The translations under genes and the position numbers were made by a program. A stretch of DNA of 29,924 bases. It comes from a virus. Lineage: Duplodnaviria; Caudoviricetes. Within the stretch, counting starts at the first letter, position 1. Each line of letters starts with the position of its first letter. Location: positions 1 through 29,924 of IMG/VR virus record IMGVR_UViG_3300012667_000752. One strand, given 5' to 3'. This document shows, piece by piece, positions 1-8,360 of the stretch. Below the pieces are notes generated by a model. That model did no database searches. It saw only the letters and a list, made by a program, of their open reading frames with translations, and was not told where the DNA came from.

Positions 1-1191
1 TCGCTATCCGGGCCCGCCGGGTCTGGCAAGACCTCAATCATCACTGGCATTTTGGATGCCCGCCCGTCGGCGGTAGTGGTGGCCTTTACCAACGCAGCGG
101 CGAAGGTGCTGCGCCGTAAGGGGCTCGCCGCGACGACTATCCACAAACGGTTTTACATGCCCGAAGAGCGCCGCACTGTTGAGGGGAAGAAGTACACCGC
201 CTTTGTGCCGTGTCATGCCTACCAGGGCAAGCTCCCGGATGGCAAGCTGGCGTTCAGCCCGACCATCATCATCGATGAGGCGTCTATGGTGTCCAGCAAA
301 GTGCTGAGCGACCTGCGCCAAATGTCCGACGAAATCATCCTGGTGGGCGATGGCAGTCAGCTACCACCGGTGGGCGATCTGAAGGCCCCGCGCGGCGTGT
401 TCAACACGCTCAGCCATACGGCCGTGCTCACTGAAATCCACCGGCAGGCCGAAGGCAACCCAGCTTTGAAAGTAGCCACCGCTGTGCGCCTGGGCGAGGT
501 AAGCCCAACCGACTACAGCCTGCTGCGCGGTTTTGAGTCGCTCGACCCCGACGGGTTCTCCCGGGCCATCACCAACCTGGACTCCCAGGGCAAGACCTGG
601 AAGGCCATCAGTTTCACAAATGCCACGCGGTGTCGCCTGAACAACCGCGTGCGCAAGCATTACGGTCACGCCTCAAGTGTGGCCCCACAACCTGGGGAGA
701 TCATGGTCTGCACGGCAAACTACAGCGACACGGTAACCAACGGGACATTCCTGCGCGTCATTGAGGCGACTACGCCTGCGCTGGCCCCGCACCGTGACAA
801 CCTCATCGGCCGCATCCGCGCTGAGATCATTGACGACGACACCGAGGTCGAAATTCCTTTCAGCTTCGGCAATCACCTGTGTGAGCTTGCCGACCCCGAC
901 CTGGTGAAGCTGGGCAAGCGCCTGGTGATGCTGGGCCGTGACCTGGACGATGCGCCCTCCGGTGCCCGTCTGTCGTTTGGCTATGCCGTCACCTGCCACA
1001 AGGCACAGGGCAGCGAATACGACCATGTGTTCTTGTGCGATGAGCGCTCTGCAGTGGCCGCGGTCGCAGCACGCAGCGCGGCTGAGAACATCGAGTGCAA
1101 GGACCCGCTCAGTGGCCGCGAAGCCGCTCAGCGCTGGCTGTACACCGCGCTCACACGCACGCGCTCCGGTCTGTCGTTGGTGAGGGCCTGA
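1..1191 (+). CDS. Dda/RecD-like superfamily 1B DNA helicase (5' truncated by window edge)
   Basis: Frame is open from base 1: SLSGPAGSGKTS (Walker A at 10-33), AFTNAAA, IIIDEASMV (Walker B), LVGDGSQLPPV, LTEIHRQ, FGYAVTCHKAQGSEY, WLYTALTR. These are SF1B helicase motifs; the true start lies upstream of the window. Confidence 0.9.
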   Translation, partial: SLSGPAGSGKTSIITGILDARPSAVVVAFTNAAAKVLRRKGLAATTIHKRFYMPEERRTVEGKKYTAFVPCHAYQGKLPDGKLAFSPTIIIDEASMVSSKVLSDLRQMSDEIILVGDGSQLPPVGDLKAPRGVFNTLSHTAVLTEIHRQAEGNPALKVATAVRLGEVSPTDYSLLRGFESLDPDGFSRAITNLDSQGKTWKAISFTNATRCRLNNRVRKHYGHASSVAPQPGEIMVCTANYSDTVTNGTFLRVIEATTPALAPHRDNLIGRIRAEIIDDDTEVEIPFSFGNHLCELADPDLVKLGKRLVMLGRDLDDAPSGARLSFGYAVTCHKAQGSEYDHVFLCDERSAVAAVAARSAAENIECKDPLSGREAAQRWLYTALTRTRSGLSLVRA

Positions 1192-1194
1192 TCG

Positions 1195-3693
1195 ATGCCT
1201 ACCAAGTTCGGAACTATCGGACCCACCCTGCACCAGGCCGGCTGGCCCGTCATCCCAATCAAGCCAGGCACCAAGGCGCCCGGCGAGGGCGCCTGGCAAA
1301 ACGGCTTCCCGCTGGAGCGCATCAAGGCCTTCGCAGCTAACGGCTACGCCGGCGGCAGCACGGGTCTCCTGGCCAAGCACTTCCCGGGCGCCGACGTGGA
1401 CGTCACCGACAAGGCCTGCGCCACCGCGATAGCCAAGGCCATCATGGCCGTGCTGGGCCCAGCCCCTGTGCGCGTTGGCTCTGCGCCCAAGTGCCTGCTC
1501 ATGTATGCCACGGCCGAGCCGTTCAAGAAGCGCAAGGTATTCCTGGCCGACCCGCAAGGAAACACCAAGGGGGCCGACGGCAAGGAGTACGCGGTCGAGT
1601 TCCTGGGCGACGGCCAGCAGTATCTGATCTACGGGCAGCACCCTGATGGCTTTGAGTACCGTTGGCCGCGCGGCGGCGGCCCGCTCGAATCTGAGGTCTG
1701 GGACCTGACCACCATCACCGCGGACCAGGTCGATGCGTTCATCGCCAGGCTGCCGGAGCTGCTGCCACCAGGCTGGACAGTGCGATCGGCCAGCGGCAGC
1801 TCTGGGTCCGTCCAGGTGCTCGATGCGTTTGAGGCCTATCGCGCGCAGTTGGATGGCTGGGACCTCGAGCGCGTGCGCCAGGAAGTCGCGCCGCACCTGG
1901 ACCTGGAGATGGACTACGACTCCTGGGTGCGTGTTGGCCAGGCGCTGTACCACCAGTTCGACGGTGCGCCGGAGGCCTTCGAGCTGTGGGATGAGATATT
2001 CCAGGAGTCGAGCAAGTACGCCGGGCCTGACTACGGCCAGGCGCGCTGGGACAGCTTTAGCGTGCAGCGCGCGACCGGCCGGGGGCCGGTCACCCTGGCC
2101 AGCATTCTGGCCGACACCAAAGAGGCCCGGGGCGTTCAGGCCCAGGTCAACGCCGTCGATGCTGTGGCCACTCACCGTGCAGCCATTGAGGCAGCCACCA
2201 CCGAGCTGACCGTGCGTGAGATTTGTCAGCGCATCGCAGCCGATGGCTCGGTTGACGCGCTCAGCCGGGACACCCTGGTTGGCGTCATCCAAAACAAGCT
2301 GCGGGACATCAACGGCGTCAAACCGACAAAGGCAGCGGTGACAGCCCTTGTTGCCATGACCCGCGTTGCGCGCACCGGCCCATCGCTCGGCCCCGAGTGG
2401 ATCAAGCCCTGGTGCTATGTGTCCGGTGAGGCCAAGTTCTTCAACCGCAACACCAAGGAGCTGATCACCCGCGAGGCGTTCGATGCGTCGTTCGGCCGGC
2501 TCATGGAGCCCGATGACGACGGCAACCTGCCACAGGCCTCGCGCATGGCCTGCGACGTCTGGGAGATTCCCGTTGTCTATGAGCGCATGTATCTGCCCAG
2601 CGCCGGTGAGCTGTTCACCCTGGACGGCAAGGAGTACGCCAATGACTACCGCCCTGAGTCAGAGCCTATCGGCGTGGTGGACCAGGCAGTCAACGCGGTG
2701 CTCATGCGCCACGTCGAGCTGCTCATCCCAGACCGCGCCTACCGTGACCTGTTCCTGCAGTGGGCCGCCTGGGTCGTGCGCAACCCCGGCAAGAAAGTCC
2801 TCTGGGCCGTCCTGGTCAAGGGCGTCGAGGGCGATGGCAAGAGCGTGCTCGGCTCCATGATCGCTCAGGCTATGGGGCACATCAACGTCGGGATCATCAG
2901 CCCCGAGACCATGGCCGGGTCGAACTTCAACGATTGGGCCAAGGGCCGCTGCGTCAACGTGCTGGAAGAGATCAAGATTCCAGGTCACCGCCATGACGTG
3001 TACAACAAGATCAAGCCGCTGATCACCAACCCGCGCATCGAAGTCCACGGTAAGGGCAAGGCGTCCACGACGGTCATCAACACCACCAACTACATCGGCT
3101 TCACCAACCACGACGATGCGATGCCCTTGGATGACAAGGACCGCCGCAACTTCGTGCTGTTCACGCCCTGGCGCAACATCGATGAGATGCACGCAGCCGT
3201 CGCGGCTCTGGGCCTGACCATCGACCAGTACTGGGAACAGCTCTGGGACCCGATCAAGAACCGGCCCGACGCAGTGCGCGGCTTCTTCGACTCCATCGAC
3301 ATCAGCACGTTCAACTCCAACAGCCGGGCACCTGCCAGCTCATTCAAGACCGAGCTGGTGGCTGCAGGCGACCTGGACGACGCTGAAGGCCACGCCAAGC
3401 TGTGGGTGGAGGAGGGCTGCTACGGCGTGAGCAAGACCGTGGTCAGTTCCAACTGCTTGACGCGGGCTCTGGCCAACATGGACCCATCGATCAAGATTCA
3501 CACATCGCGGGTGCGCAAGGTGCTGACGTCGATGGGTTTTGAGCAAACCGGCTTCCTGAAATGGAAGGGATCGACGCATCGGGTGTGGGTACATGCCTCG
3601 GTTACGAACCAGGTTACGAGGGATTCCACCGATTGGCTGCGTGCTGAGCTGGACAAAACGGACCTCGGTGGTGGGGAGGACTTCCTGAAATGA
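1195..3693 (+). CDS. Primase-helicase: N-terminal Prim-Pol, PriCT-2, C-terminal SF3/NrS-1-like (DUF5906-type) helicase
   Basis: GWPVIPIKPGTKAP...GLL...DVD (bifunctional primase-polymerase); DYDSWVRVGQALY...FELWDE...SKY (PriCT-2-like); GVEGDGKS Walker A, LEEI Walker B, FTNHDDAMPLDDKDRR sensor/arginine finger. Confidence 0.88.
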   Translation: MPTKFGTIGPTLHQAGWPVIPIKPGTKAPGEGAWQNGFPLERIKAFAANGYAGGSTGLLAKHFPGADVDVTDKACATAIAKAIMAVLGPAPVRVGSAPKCLLMYATAEPFKKRKVFLADPQGNTKGADGKEYAVEFLGDGQQYLIYGQHPDGFEYRWPRGGGPLESEVWDLTTITADQVDAFIARLPELLPPGWTVRSASGSSGSVQVLDAFEAYRAQLDGWDLERVRQEVAPHLDLEMDYDSWVRVGQALYHQFDGAPEAFELWDEIFQESSKYAGPDYGQARWDSFSVQRATGRGPVTLASILADTKEARGVQAQVNAVDAVATHRAAIEAATTELTVREICQRIAADGSVDALSRDTLVGVIQNKLRDINGVKPTKAAVTALVAMTRVARTGPSLGPEWIKPWCYVSGEAKFFNRNTKELITREAFDASFGRLMEPDDDGNLPQASRMACDVWEIPVVYERMYLPSAGELFTLDGKEYANDYRPESEPIGVVDQAVNAVLMRHVELLIPDRAYRDLFLQWAAWVVRNPGKKVLWAVLVKGVEGDGKSVLGSMIAQAMGHINVGIISPETMAGSNFNDWAKGRCVNVLEEIKIPGHRHDVYNKIKPLITNPRIEVHGKGKASTTVINTTNYIGFTNHDDAMPLDDKDRRNFVLFTPWRNIDEMHAAVAALGLTIDQYWEQLWDPIKNRPDAVRGFFDSIDISTFNSNSRAPASSFKTELVAAGDLDDAEGHAKLWVEEGCYGVSKTVVSSNCLTRALANMDPSIKIHTSRVRKVLTSMGFEQTGFLKWKGSTHRVWVHASVTNQVTRDSTDWLRAELDKTDLGGGEDFLK

Positions 3694-3880
3694 CCGGATG
3701 TAACCTGCCTTGTAGCCTTTCTTGTATCTTGCCCTTTTCCCTCTGTAGAACACATAAAGGTCACAGGGTTACAAGTTATAGCTATCCACATATAGAGAAA
3801 AAGAAATATTGGTCTAAAAACATTATTTCCTATAGGGCTGAGCGACTTGGGAGTGTTGTGCCCTTTCCTGTAACCCGGGG
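3600..3880. promoter_or_regulatory. Putative replication origin: AT-rich spacer with direct and inverted GTAACC/GGTTAC iterons
   Basis: GGTTAC at 3600, 3612, 3767; GTAACC at 3700, 3870; three imperfect 12-bp tandem units at 3699-3734; AT-rich core ~3775-3835; located directly downstream of the primase-helicase. Confidence 0.55.
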
Positions 3881-3888
3881 GGTGGAGC

Positions 3889-4155
3889 ATGCTTGAGCGC
3901 CAGATTGAAGCGGCCCTGGTGAGGGCGGCCCACGACGTTGGCGGGATGGCGCTGAAGTGGACCAGCCCCGGAATGACCGGAGTGCCTGATCGCATTGTGT
4001 TCATCCCGGGTGGCCGGATTGTGTTTGTGGAACTCAAGGCACCTGGCAAGAAGCCCACGCCCCTGCAGCTCAAAGTCCAGCAGCGCATCCGCGACCTGGG
4101 ACATGAGGTGCTGGTGATCGATTCATTGGAGGACGTTCATGCGCTCTTTCAGTGA
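3889..4155 (+). CDS. VRR-NUC domain nuclease
   Basis: MLERQIE...KWTSPG..GVPDRIV...FVELKAPGKKPTPLQ: typical PD-(D/E)xK VRR-NUC signature. GGAG just upstream of the start; sits next to an SNF2 helicase as is common in phages. Confidence 0.92.
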   Translation: MLERQIEAALVRAAHDVGGMALKWTSPGMTGVPDRIVFIPGGRIVFVELKAPGKKPTPLQLKVQQRIRDLGHEVLVIDSLEDVHALFQ

Positions 4156-5512
4156 CTTCCGCCCCTACCAACACCAGGCCCTGGACCGGTTCACCAACGT
4201 GCGACGCGGCTACCTGGCAGCCAAAGCGGGAGCCGGCAAGACAGCGATCGCACTGGCACTTGCCCGCCACGTCCTGCATGACGCGTTCGAGACCACGCGC
4301 GTGCTGGTCGTGGGGCCTAAGCGTGTTGTGGCTCAGTGGCCCCAAGAGGCACTTGGCTGGGAGTTTTCAGCCCACCTGCGCTTCAGCGTCTACCTTGGTG
4401 ACGCCGGCCAACGCAAAGCAGCTATCGCAGCACCCCATGACGTTCTGGCTTGCAGCTTTGAGTTCTTCCCCGAACTGGTCTCAATGTTCAAAGCGGCAAA
4501 CTGGCCATTCGGTCTGGTTGTCTTTGATGAGGCATCGCGCCTGCGCCAGGGTGGCCGCCGCGGCTCAGTGGGTTGGAAGGCGATGAACTCCATCGCCCGT
4601 AAGACCAACGCGCGCATCCTGATGATGTCGGGAAGCCCGCGTCCGGGTACAGCCCATGAGCTATTTGCACCGGTCGCAGTGCTGGACGGTGGCCAGCGCT
4701 TGGGCACGACGCTGACTGCGTTCAGGACAGCGTACCTGGAGCCCCACAAGCAGAACCGCCACACCGGCCAGGTGTACTCATGGCGGTGCCGGCCAGGGAT
4801 GGAAGATGCGCTGTACAGCAAGATCAGCGACCTGTACTTTGCCGTGGCGCCCGACCTGGGCCTGCAGAGCGTTGTGATTGACCGCCCGGTGGAGCTACCA
4901 GCCAAGGTGGCACAGGGCATCAGGACCCTGATGCGCGACCAGGTGCTTGATCTTGATCTTGATGAGCTGGAGCTGGTTGCAGCCAGCCAGGGCACGGTGG
5001 CCGGCAAGGTGCATCAGATGTGCCAGGGCGCTGTGTTCGATGCCGATGGGGCTGTGACCAGGCTGCACACCGCCAAGCTGGATGAGCTGGCCGAGCTGGT
5101 CGATCAGGTCGATGCCCCGATGATTGTTTGCTACTGGTACAGCCACGACCTGGAGCGCCTGGTTGAGCGATTCCCCGAGGCCGTGGACATCACCACAGAG
5201 CAGGGGCTGGCTGATGCCAAGGCGGGCCGCGTGCGCCTGGCCCTGCTGCACCCAGGCAGCGCCGCGCATGGCATTGATGGCCTGCAGTTTGTATTCGACT
5301 ACATGACCTGGTTTGCCATACCAGCGTCGTTCGAGCTGTACGACCAGGCATGTAAGCGGATCGTGCGCAGCGGGCGCAAGGGCACAGCAACCATCTACCG
5401 AATTGTGGCGGTGAACGGCGTGGCCGACACCCGCATGGTTGAGCGCTTGGCAGAGAAAGAGGCCGAGCAGGACGAATTCTTTAAGTACTTGGAGGGACAG
5501 CAACATGGATGA
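4139..5512 (+). CDS. SNF2-like (SF2) phage helicase
   Basis: FRPYQ Q-motif, GAGKT, VVFDEAS, MSGSP, HPGSAAHGIDGLQ, ELYDQACKRIVRSG (motif VI-like). Confidence 0.88.
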   Translation: MRSFSDFRPYQHQALDRFTNVRRGYLAAKAGAGKTAIALALARHVLHDAFETTRVLVVGPKRVVAQWPQEALGWEFSAHLRFSVYLGDAGQRKAAIAAPHDVLACSFEFFPELVSMFKAANWPFGLVVFDEASRLRQGGRRGSVGWKAMNSIARKTNARILMMSGSPRPGTAHELFAPVAVLDGGQRLGTTLTAFRTAYLEPHKQNRHTGQVYSWRCRPGMEDALYSKISDLYFAVAPDLGLQSVVIDRPVELPAKVAQGIRTLMRDQVLDLDLDELELVAASQGTVAGKVHQMCQGAVFDADGAVTRLHTAKLDELAELVDQVDAPMIVCYWYSHDLERLVERFPEAVDITTEQGLADAKAGRVRLALLHPGSAAHGIDGLQFVFDYMTWFAIPASFELYDQACKRIVRSGRKGTATIYRIVAVNGVADTRMVERLAEKEAEQDEFFKYLEGQQHG

Positions 5513-5867
5513 GAACTGCAACGGAATCGGCCCAGGCAAAGGTGGCTTTGTGCGCGGCGAGGGTATGAAGTTCGATGCTGGCAAGGTCCGCATGGATTTG
5601 CTGGACATGCATGCCATCGAGCAGCTGTCCGCTGTGCTGACGTTCGGGGCCAAGAAGTACTCGGCCCACAACTGGCGCAAGGGCATCAACAAGAGCCGCC
5701 TGATGGCAGCGATGTTGCGACACACGTTTCGCTACCTTGGTGGCGAAGACAAGGACCCCGAAACGGGCTTGTCGCACATAGCACACGCCATGTGCTGTGC
5801 CATGTTCATTTTGGGCCTGGAGCACAGAACCGATCTGGACGACCGGTACAAGGAGGCCTCAGAGTGA
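5505..5867 (+). CDS. dATP/dGTP diphosphohydrolase-like domain protein (DUF5664 family)
   Basis: KFDAGKVRMDLL...VLTFGAKKYSAHNWRKG...AAMLRH...GEDKDPETGLSHIAHAMCC matches the family signature. ATG at 5505 has GGAGG upstream, so the ORF-track start at 5439 is probably too early. Confidence 0.85.
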   Translation: MDENCNGIGPGKGGFVRGEGMKFDAGKVRMDLLDMHAIEQLSAVLTFGAKKYSAHNWRKGINKSRLMAAMLRHTFRYLGGEDKDPETGLSHIAHAMCCAMFILGLEHRTDLDDRYKEASE

Positions 5868-6067
5868 TCCGAGCAAGCACAGACGGCGCAGCAGCCGTGA
5901 ACACAGCGCTGAAGTGGATACCACTGACCCAGAGCCAACCTGGCGGTGGGCAGCGTGTGCTGCTGATCAACAAGCCCGATGGCGTGGCCAGGATAGACAT
6001 CTACAGGCCAGGGTGCCGTGCAAGCCATTGGCAGGCCCTGCCGACGTTCGACAAGGGGGAACTGTGA
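5864..6067 (+). CDS. Small hypothetical protein, DUF551-like
   Basis: GTG start overlapping the upstream stop, AAGGAGG upstream; W-I-P...P...VLL...SHWQALP pattern resembles DUF551 phage proteins. Confidence 0.6.
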   Translation: MIRASTDGAAAVNTALKWIPLTQSQPGGGQRVLLINKPDGVARIDIYRPGCRASHWQALPTFDKGEL

Positions 6068-6390
6068 TGGCACCACCAACCGGGATCAAAGGGCGCGTGG
6101 CGCTTGTTTTGGAGCAGTCTGGGGCCGTGGCATTGACTATGAGTGAAATCATGTCCCAGGCGGGCATTGAGAAGACCATGGCCAATGAGGTCAGCAGTGC
6201 GCTGTACAAGCTGCGCAACCAGGGCAAGGTGAAGACGATCAGGGGCGAGGCGACCAGCAAGAACGGTCCGCGCTTCGTGAGGCGGTATTTGTGGGCGATC
6301 AAGCCGCCGGCGCAGAAGCCGGCTGCAGCTCGTCTGGACGTGCGGGCCGTTAGCCCGTTGCAGATGTTGGGAATTGGGAGGATCGGATGA
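6067..6390 (+). CDS. Hypothetical protein, possible winged-helix DNA-binding protein
   Basis: ATG at 6067 coupled to the upstream TGA, AAGGGGG upstream; LTMSEIMSQAGIE...EVSSALYKLRNQGKV resembles a wHTH. Confidence 0.6.
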   Translation: MAPPTGIKGRVALVLEQSGAVALTMSEIMSQAGIEKTMANEVSSALYKLRNQGKVKTIRGEATSKNGPRFVRRYLWAIKPPAQKPAAARLDVRAVSPLQMLGIGRIG

Positions 6391-6692
6391 GTAACGACTT
6401 TGATACCGATGAGGCGGAAGAGTTGAGCCTGATGGAGATACGCATACCTGGCCAGCAGGTGAGCTGGGCGGGCATCACGGTGCCCGATGGGCACGTATAC
6501 CTACAAGGTGACCTTCACCCCCTTGGGAGCGCGACAGCGCTGATCAAGGCGGCTAAGGAGCATGTGCCCTATGTAGCGGTGAGCGCAGTGCAGGTTTTGT
6601 TTCCTGCTGAGTGGCTGGCTGCAGAGTGCCTAGCCGATACCGACCGGCTGCGTGTGATAGCCAATCTTTGTTCTTTTGTGAGGAGCCAATAA
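6387..6692 (+). CDS. Hypothetical protein
   Basis: ATG overlapping the upstream stop (ATGA), GGAGG RBS, 101 aa; no recognised motif. Confidence 0.7.
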   Translation: MSNDFDTDEAEELSLMEIRIPGQQVSWAGITVPDGHVYLQGDLHPLGSATALIKAAKEHVPYVAVSAVQVLFPAEWLAAECLADTDRLRVIANLCSFVRSQ

Positions 6693-6694
6693 CA

Positions 6695-6943
6695 ATGGAC
6701 ATTAACAACGAAAAAGCACGCGAGATTTCGCGTACCCGCGCGCAGGTTGAGCGCCGCAAGGAGCGTGACTCCGGTGGCCAAGCGCACTCGGCTTTGACCC
6801 TGCGTGACCACTTCGCAAGCCAGGCGATGCAGGCATTGGTGCCAACGCTTACGGGCATGGGCACTGGCAAGCTCGATGCCATGGCTGGCGATGCGTACAA
6901 GGTGGCCGACGCGATGATGCGGGAGCGCAGCAATGGATCGTGA
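6695..6943 (+). CDS. Conserved phage hypothetical protein (LRDxFA...AYxxADAM family)
   Basis: LTLRDHFASQAMQAL...AYKVADAMMRER, a recurrent small phage protein motif; GAGGAG RBS before ATG 6695. Confidence 0.8.
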   Translation: MDINNEKAREISRTRAQVERRKERDSGGQAHSALTLRDHFASQAMQALVPTLTGMGTGKLDAMAGDAYKVADAMMRERSNGS

Positions 6944-7193
6944 ATATTTGCAGGATGTGCACCCCGATGTGCTGCTGATGGAGCCGCCGGGCATGGATGT
7001 GGCCATCCTTGGGCTTGTGGAGCGTTGTGGCGCCGAGCCCGTGCTTTGCTACAGCTACAAGAAGTTGGTGGAGTACTTCGAGTCCGAAGGCATGACCAAC
7101 GAGGAAGCCCGCGAATGGGTAGACCACAACGTCCTCGGTGCCTACGTTGGCGAGGGGACACCGATGATCTTGACTATGGAATGGGGAGATTGA
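6933..7193 (+). CDS. Conserved phage hypothetical protein
   Basis: DVAILG...CYSY...MTNEEAREWVDHNVLGAYVGEGTP, a motif pattern I recognise from uncharacterised phage proteins; GGAG RBS. Confidence 0.75.
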   Translation: MDREYLQDVHPDVLLMEPPGMDVAILGLVERCGAEPVLCYSYKKLVEYFESEGMTNEEAREWVDHNVLGAYVGEGTPMILTMEWGD

Positions 7194-7194
7194 T

Positions 7195-7689
7195 ATGGCC
7201 AGCCGCGACGAGCTGCATGAACAGTTTGCACATTGCATCCTTAAGGGCATGACCCAGGCCGACGCATACAGGCATGTATATCCAAAGAGCCGAAGCTGGA
7301 AACCTGCGTCTGTTGACAATAAGGCAAGCGTGTTGGCTAGGTCCCCTGGAATTCAGGCTAGGGTAGCCAGATTGCGCGAACCGGTCGTCCAGGCCGTGCG
7401 CGAGCAGGTCGCGTACAACCTGGCGCACGCCATGCAGGAGGCTGAGAGGGCACTGGAGCTGGCCGAGCGCATCGGCAACCCTGGAGCCATGGTGGCAGCA
7501 GCCCAGTTGCGCGCCAAACTCAACGGCCTCTTGGTCGAACGCAAAGAGGTCAGCGTTACGCAGATGGGCAACATGACACCGACCGACAAGCAGGACCTGC
7601 TCGACATGGCCAAGGCCGCGCTGGAAGAGCGTAAGCGCCAGGTCCAGCTCAGCGACCAGAGCATCGACGACGTTATCCCCAAGAGCTAG
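7195..7689 (+). CDS. terS: Terminase small subunit
   Basis: HEQFA...GMTQADAYR..Y...ASVLARSPGIQARV HTH pattern of terminase small subunits; upstream of terL. Confidence 0.8.
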   Translation: MASRDELHEQFAHCILKGMTQADAYRHVYPKSRSWKPASVDNKASVLARSPGIQARVARLREPVVQAVREQVAYNLAHAMQEAERALELAERIGNPGAMVAAAQLRAKLNGLLVERKEVSVTQMGNMTPTDKQDLLDMAKAALEERKRQVQLSDQSIDDVIPKS

Positions 7690-7693
7690 GTCT

Positions 7694-7721
7694 ATCAGAT
7701 ACAACGTTCATTATGTTAAGT
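7694..7721 (+). promoter_or_regulatory. dif-like XerC/XerD recombination site
   Basis: ATCAGATACAA-cgttca-TTATGTTAAGT has the 11+6+11 layout. The right arm matches the XerD arm TTATGTTAAAT at 10/11; the left arm ends in TACAA like the cer XerC arm. Confidence 0.6.
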
Positions 7722-7735
7722 TGCAAACCCTTATA

Positions 7736-7748
7736 AATCAATGACTTA
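7736..7748 (+). promoter_or_regulatory. IHF consensus site
   Basis: AATCAATGACTTA is an exact WATCAANNNNTTR match, preceded by an AT-rich stretch. Confidence 0.55.
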
Positions 7749-7814
7749 CGCTATTCACACCCCTGTTTCGCAGTTATGCACAGGGCATTTGCCTATTAAA
7801 CAGGCAGCGAGGCA

Positions 7815-7845
7815 GGGGGAGGGGAGGGGGAGGGGGGATAAGGGG
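7815..7845 (+). other. G-quadruplex-capable G tract
   Basis: GGGGG-A-GGGG-A-GGGGG-A-GGGGGG-ATAA-GGGG. Confidence 0.65.
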
Positions 7846-7929
7846 AGCCCCTCGGCCAGCCTGGCTTGGTGCGCGATGCGTGCTGCCTGCGCTGTGCGTA
7901 GCGCTTGGCGAAACGATATGCGTAACGAT

Positions 7930-8130
7930 ACGCCACGCGCCATGCTGGCTGCGTGCTGCGCGCTGGCTGCACGCCACGTTGCGCGCTGCGCTGCGCCTGG
8001 CCGCCACGCGCTGCGCTGGCTGCCCGCTGCGCCACGTTACGCCACGCTGAGCGCTGCACGCCGCGCTGCGCTGGCTGCAGGCTGCGCCACACGCTGCGCA
8101 GCGCCTGGCCGCGGCGCGCCGCCCGCGCGA
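7930..8130. repeat. Degenerate GC-rich tandem repeat (~55-bp period) in the terS-terL spacer
   Basis: CGCGCTGCGCTGGCTGCnnGCTGCGCCAC at 8007-8035 and 8062-8090; GCGCCTGGCCGC at 7993 and 8101; GCTGGCTGC at 7944, 7961, 8015, 8070. Confidence 0.7.
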
Positions 8131-8360
8131 AAACGCACCCCCACCCCTGCGAAAAAGCGACCGGCCGCGTGCGTTTCGAGGGGGAGTGGGCCCGGAAATC
8201 GCTTTGGGTCCTCTCCACTTTTTATGGGGTACTTTCCGGCAGGATTCAAAATGAAAAACCACTGTAAGCCCATACAGCCATTAGGAATTGACCCCGTGGG
8301 AACAAACACCAGGTCGCAACGCCTGAATCCCCACATATTTGCCCTTATGAGGACAACGCA

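Noticed and set aside
673-2292. 539-aa minus-strand ORF and the many other long antisense ORFs (e.g. 13009-14367, 11886-12875, 19733-20665, 22535-23512)
   Set aside because: They are antisense shadows of well-supported + strand genes in high-GC DNA, with no motifs or RBS support.
3690-3896. 68-aa ORF bridging primase and VRR-NUC
   Set aside because: It overlaps both neighbours neatly, but its AT-rich atypical codons and coincidence with iteron-like repeats favour a non-coding origin. Not fully excluded.
7313-7345. TTGACA inside terS (and TTGACC at ~8288) as sigma70 promoters
   Set aside because: There is no acceptable -10 hexamer at 16-18 bp spacing.
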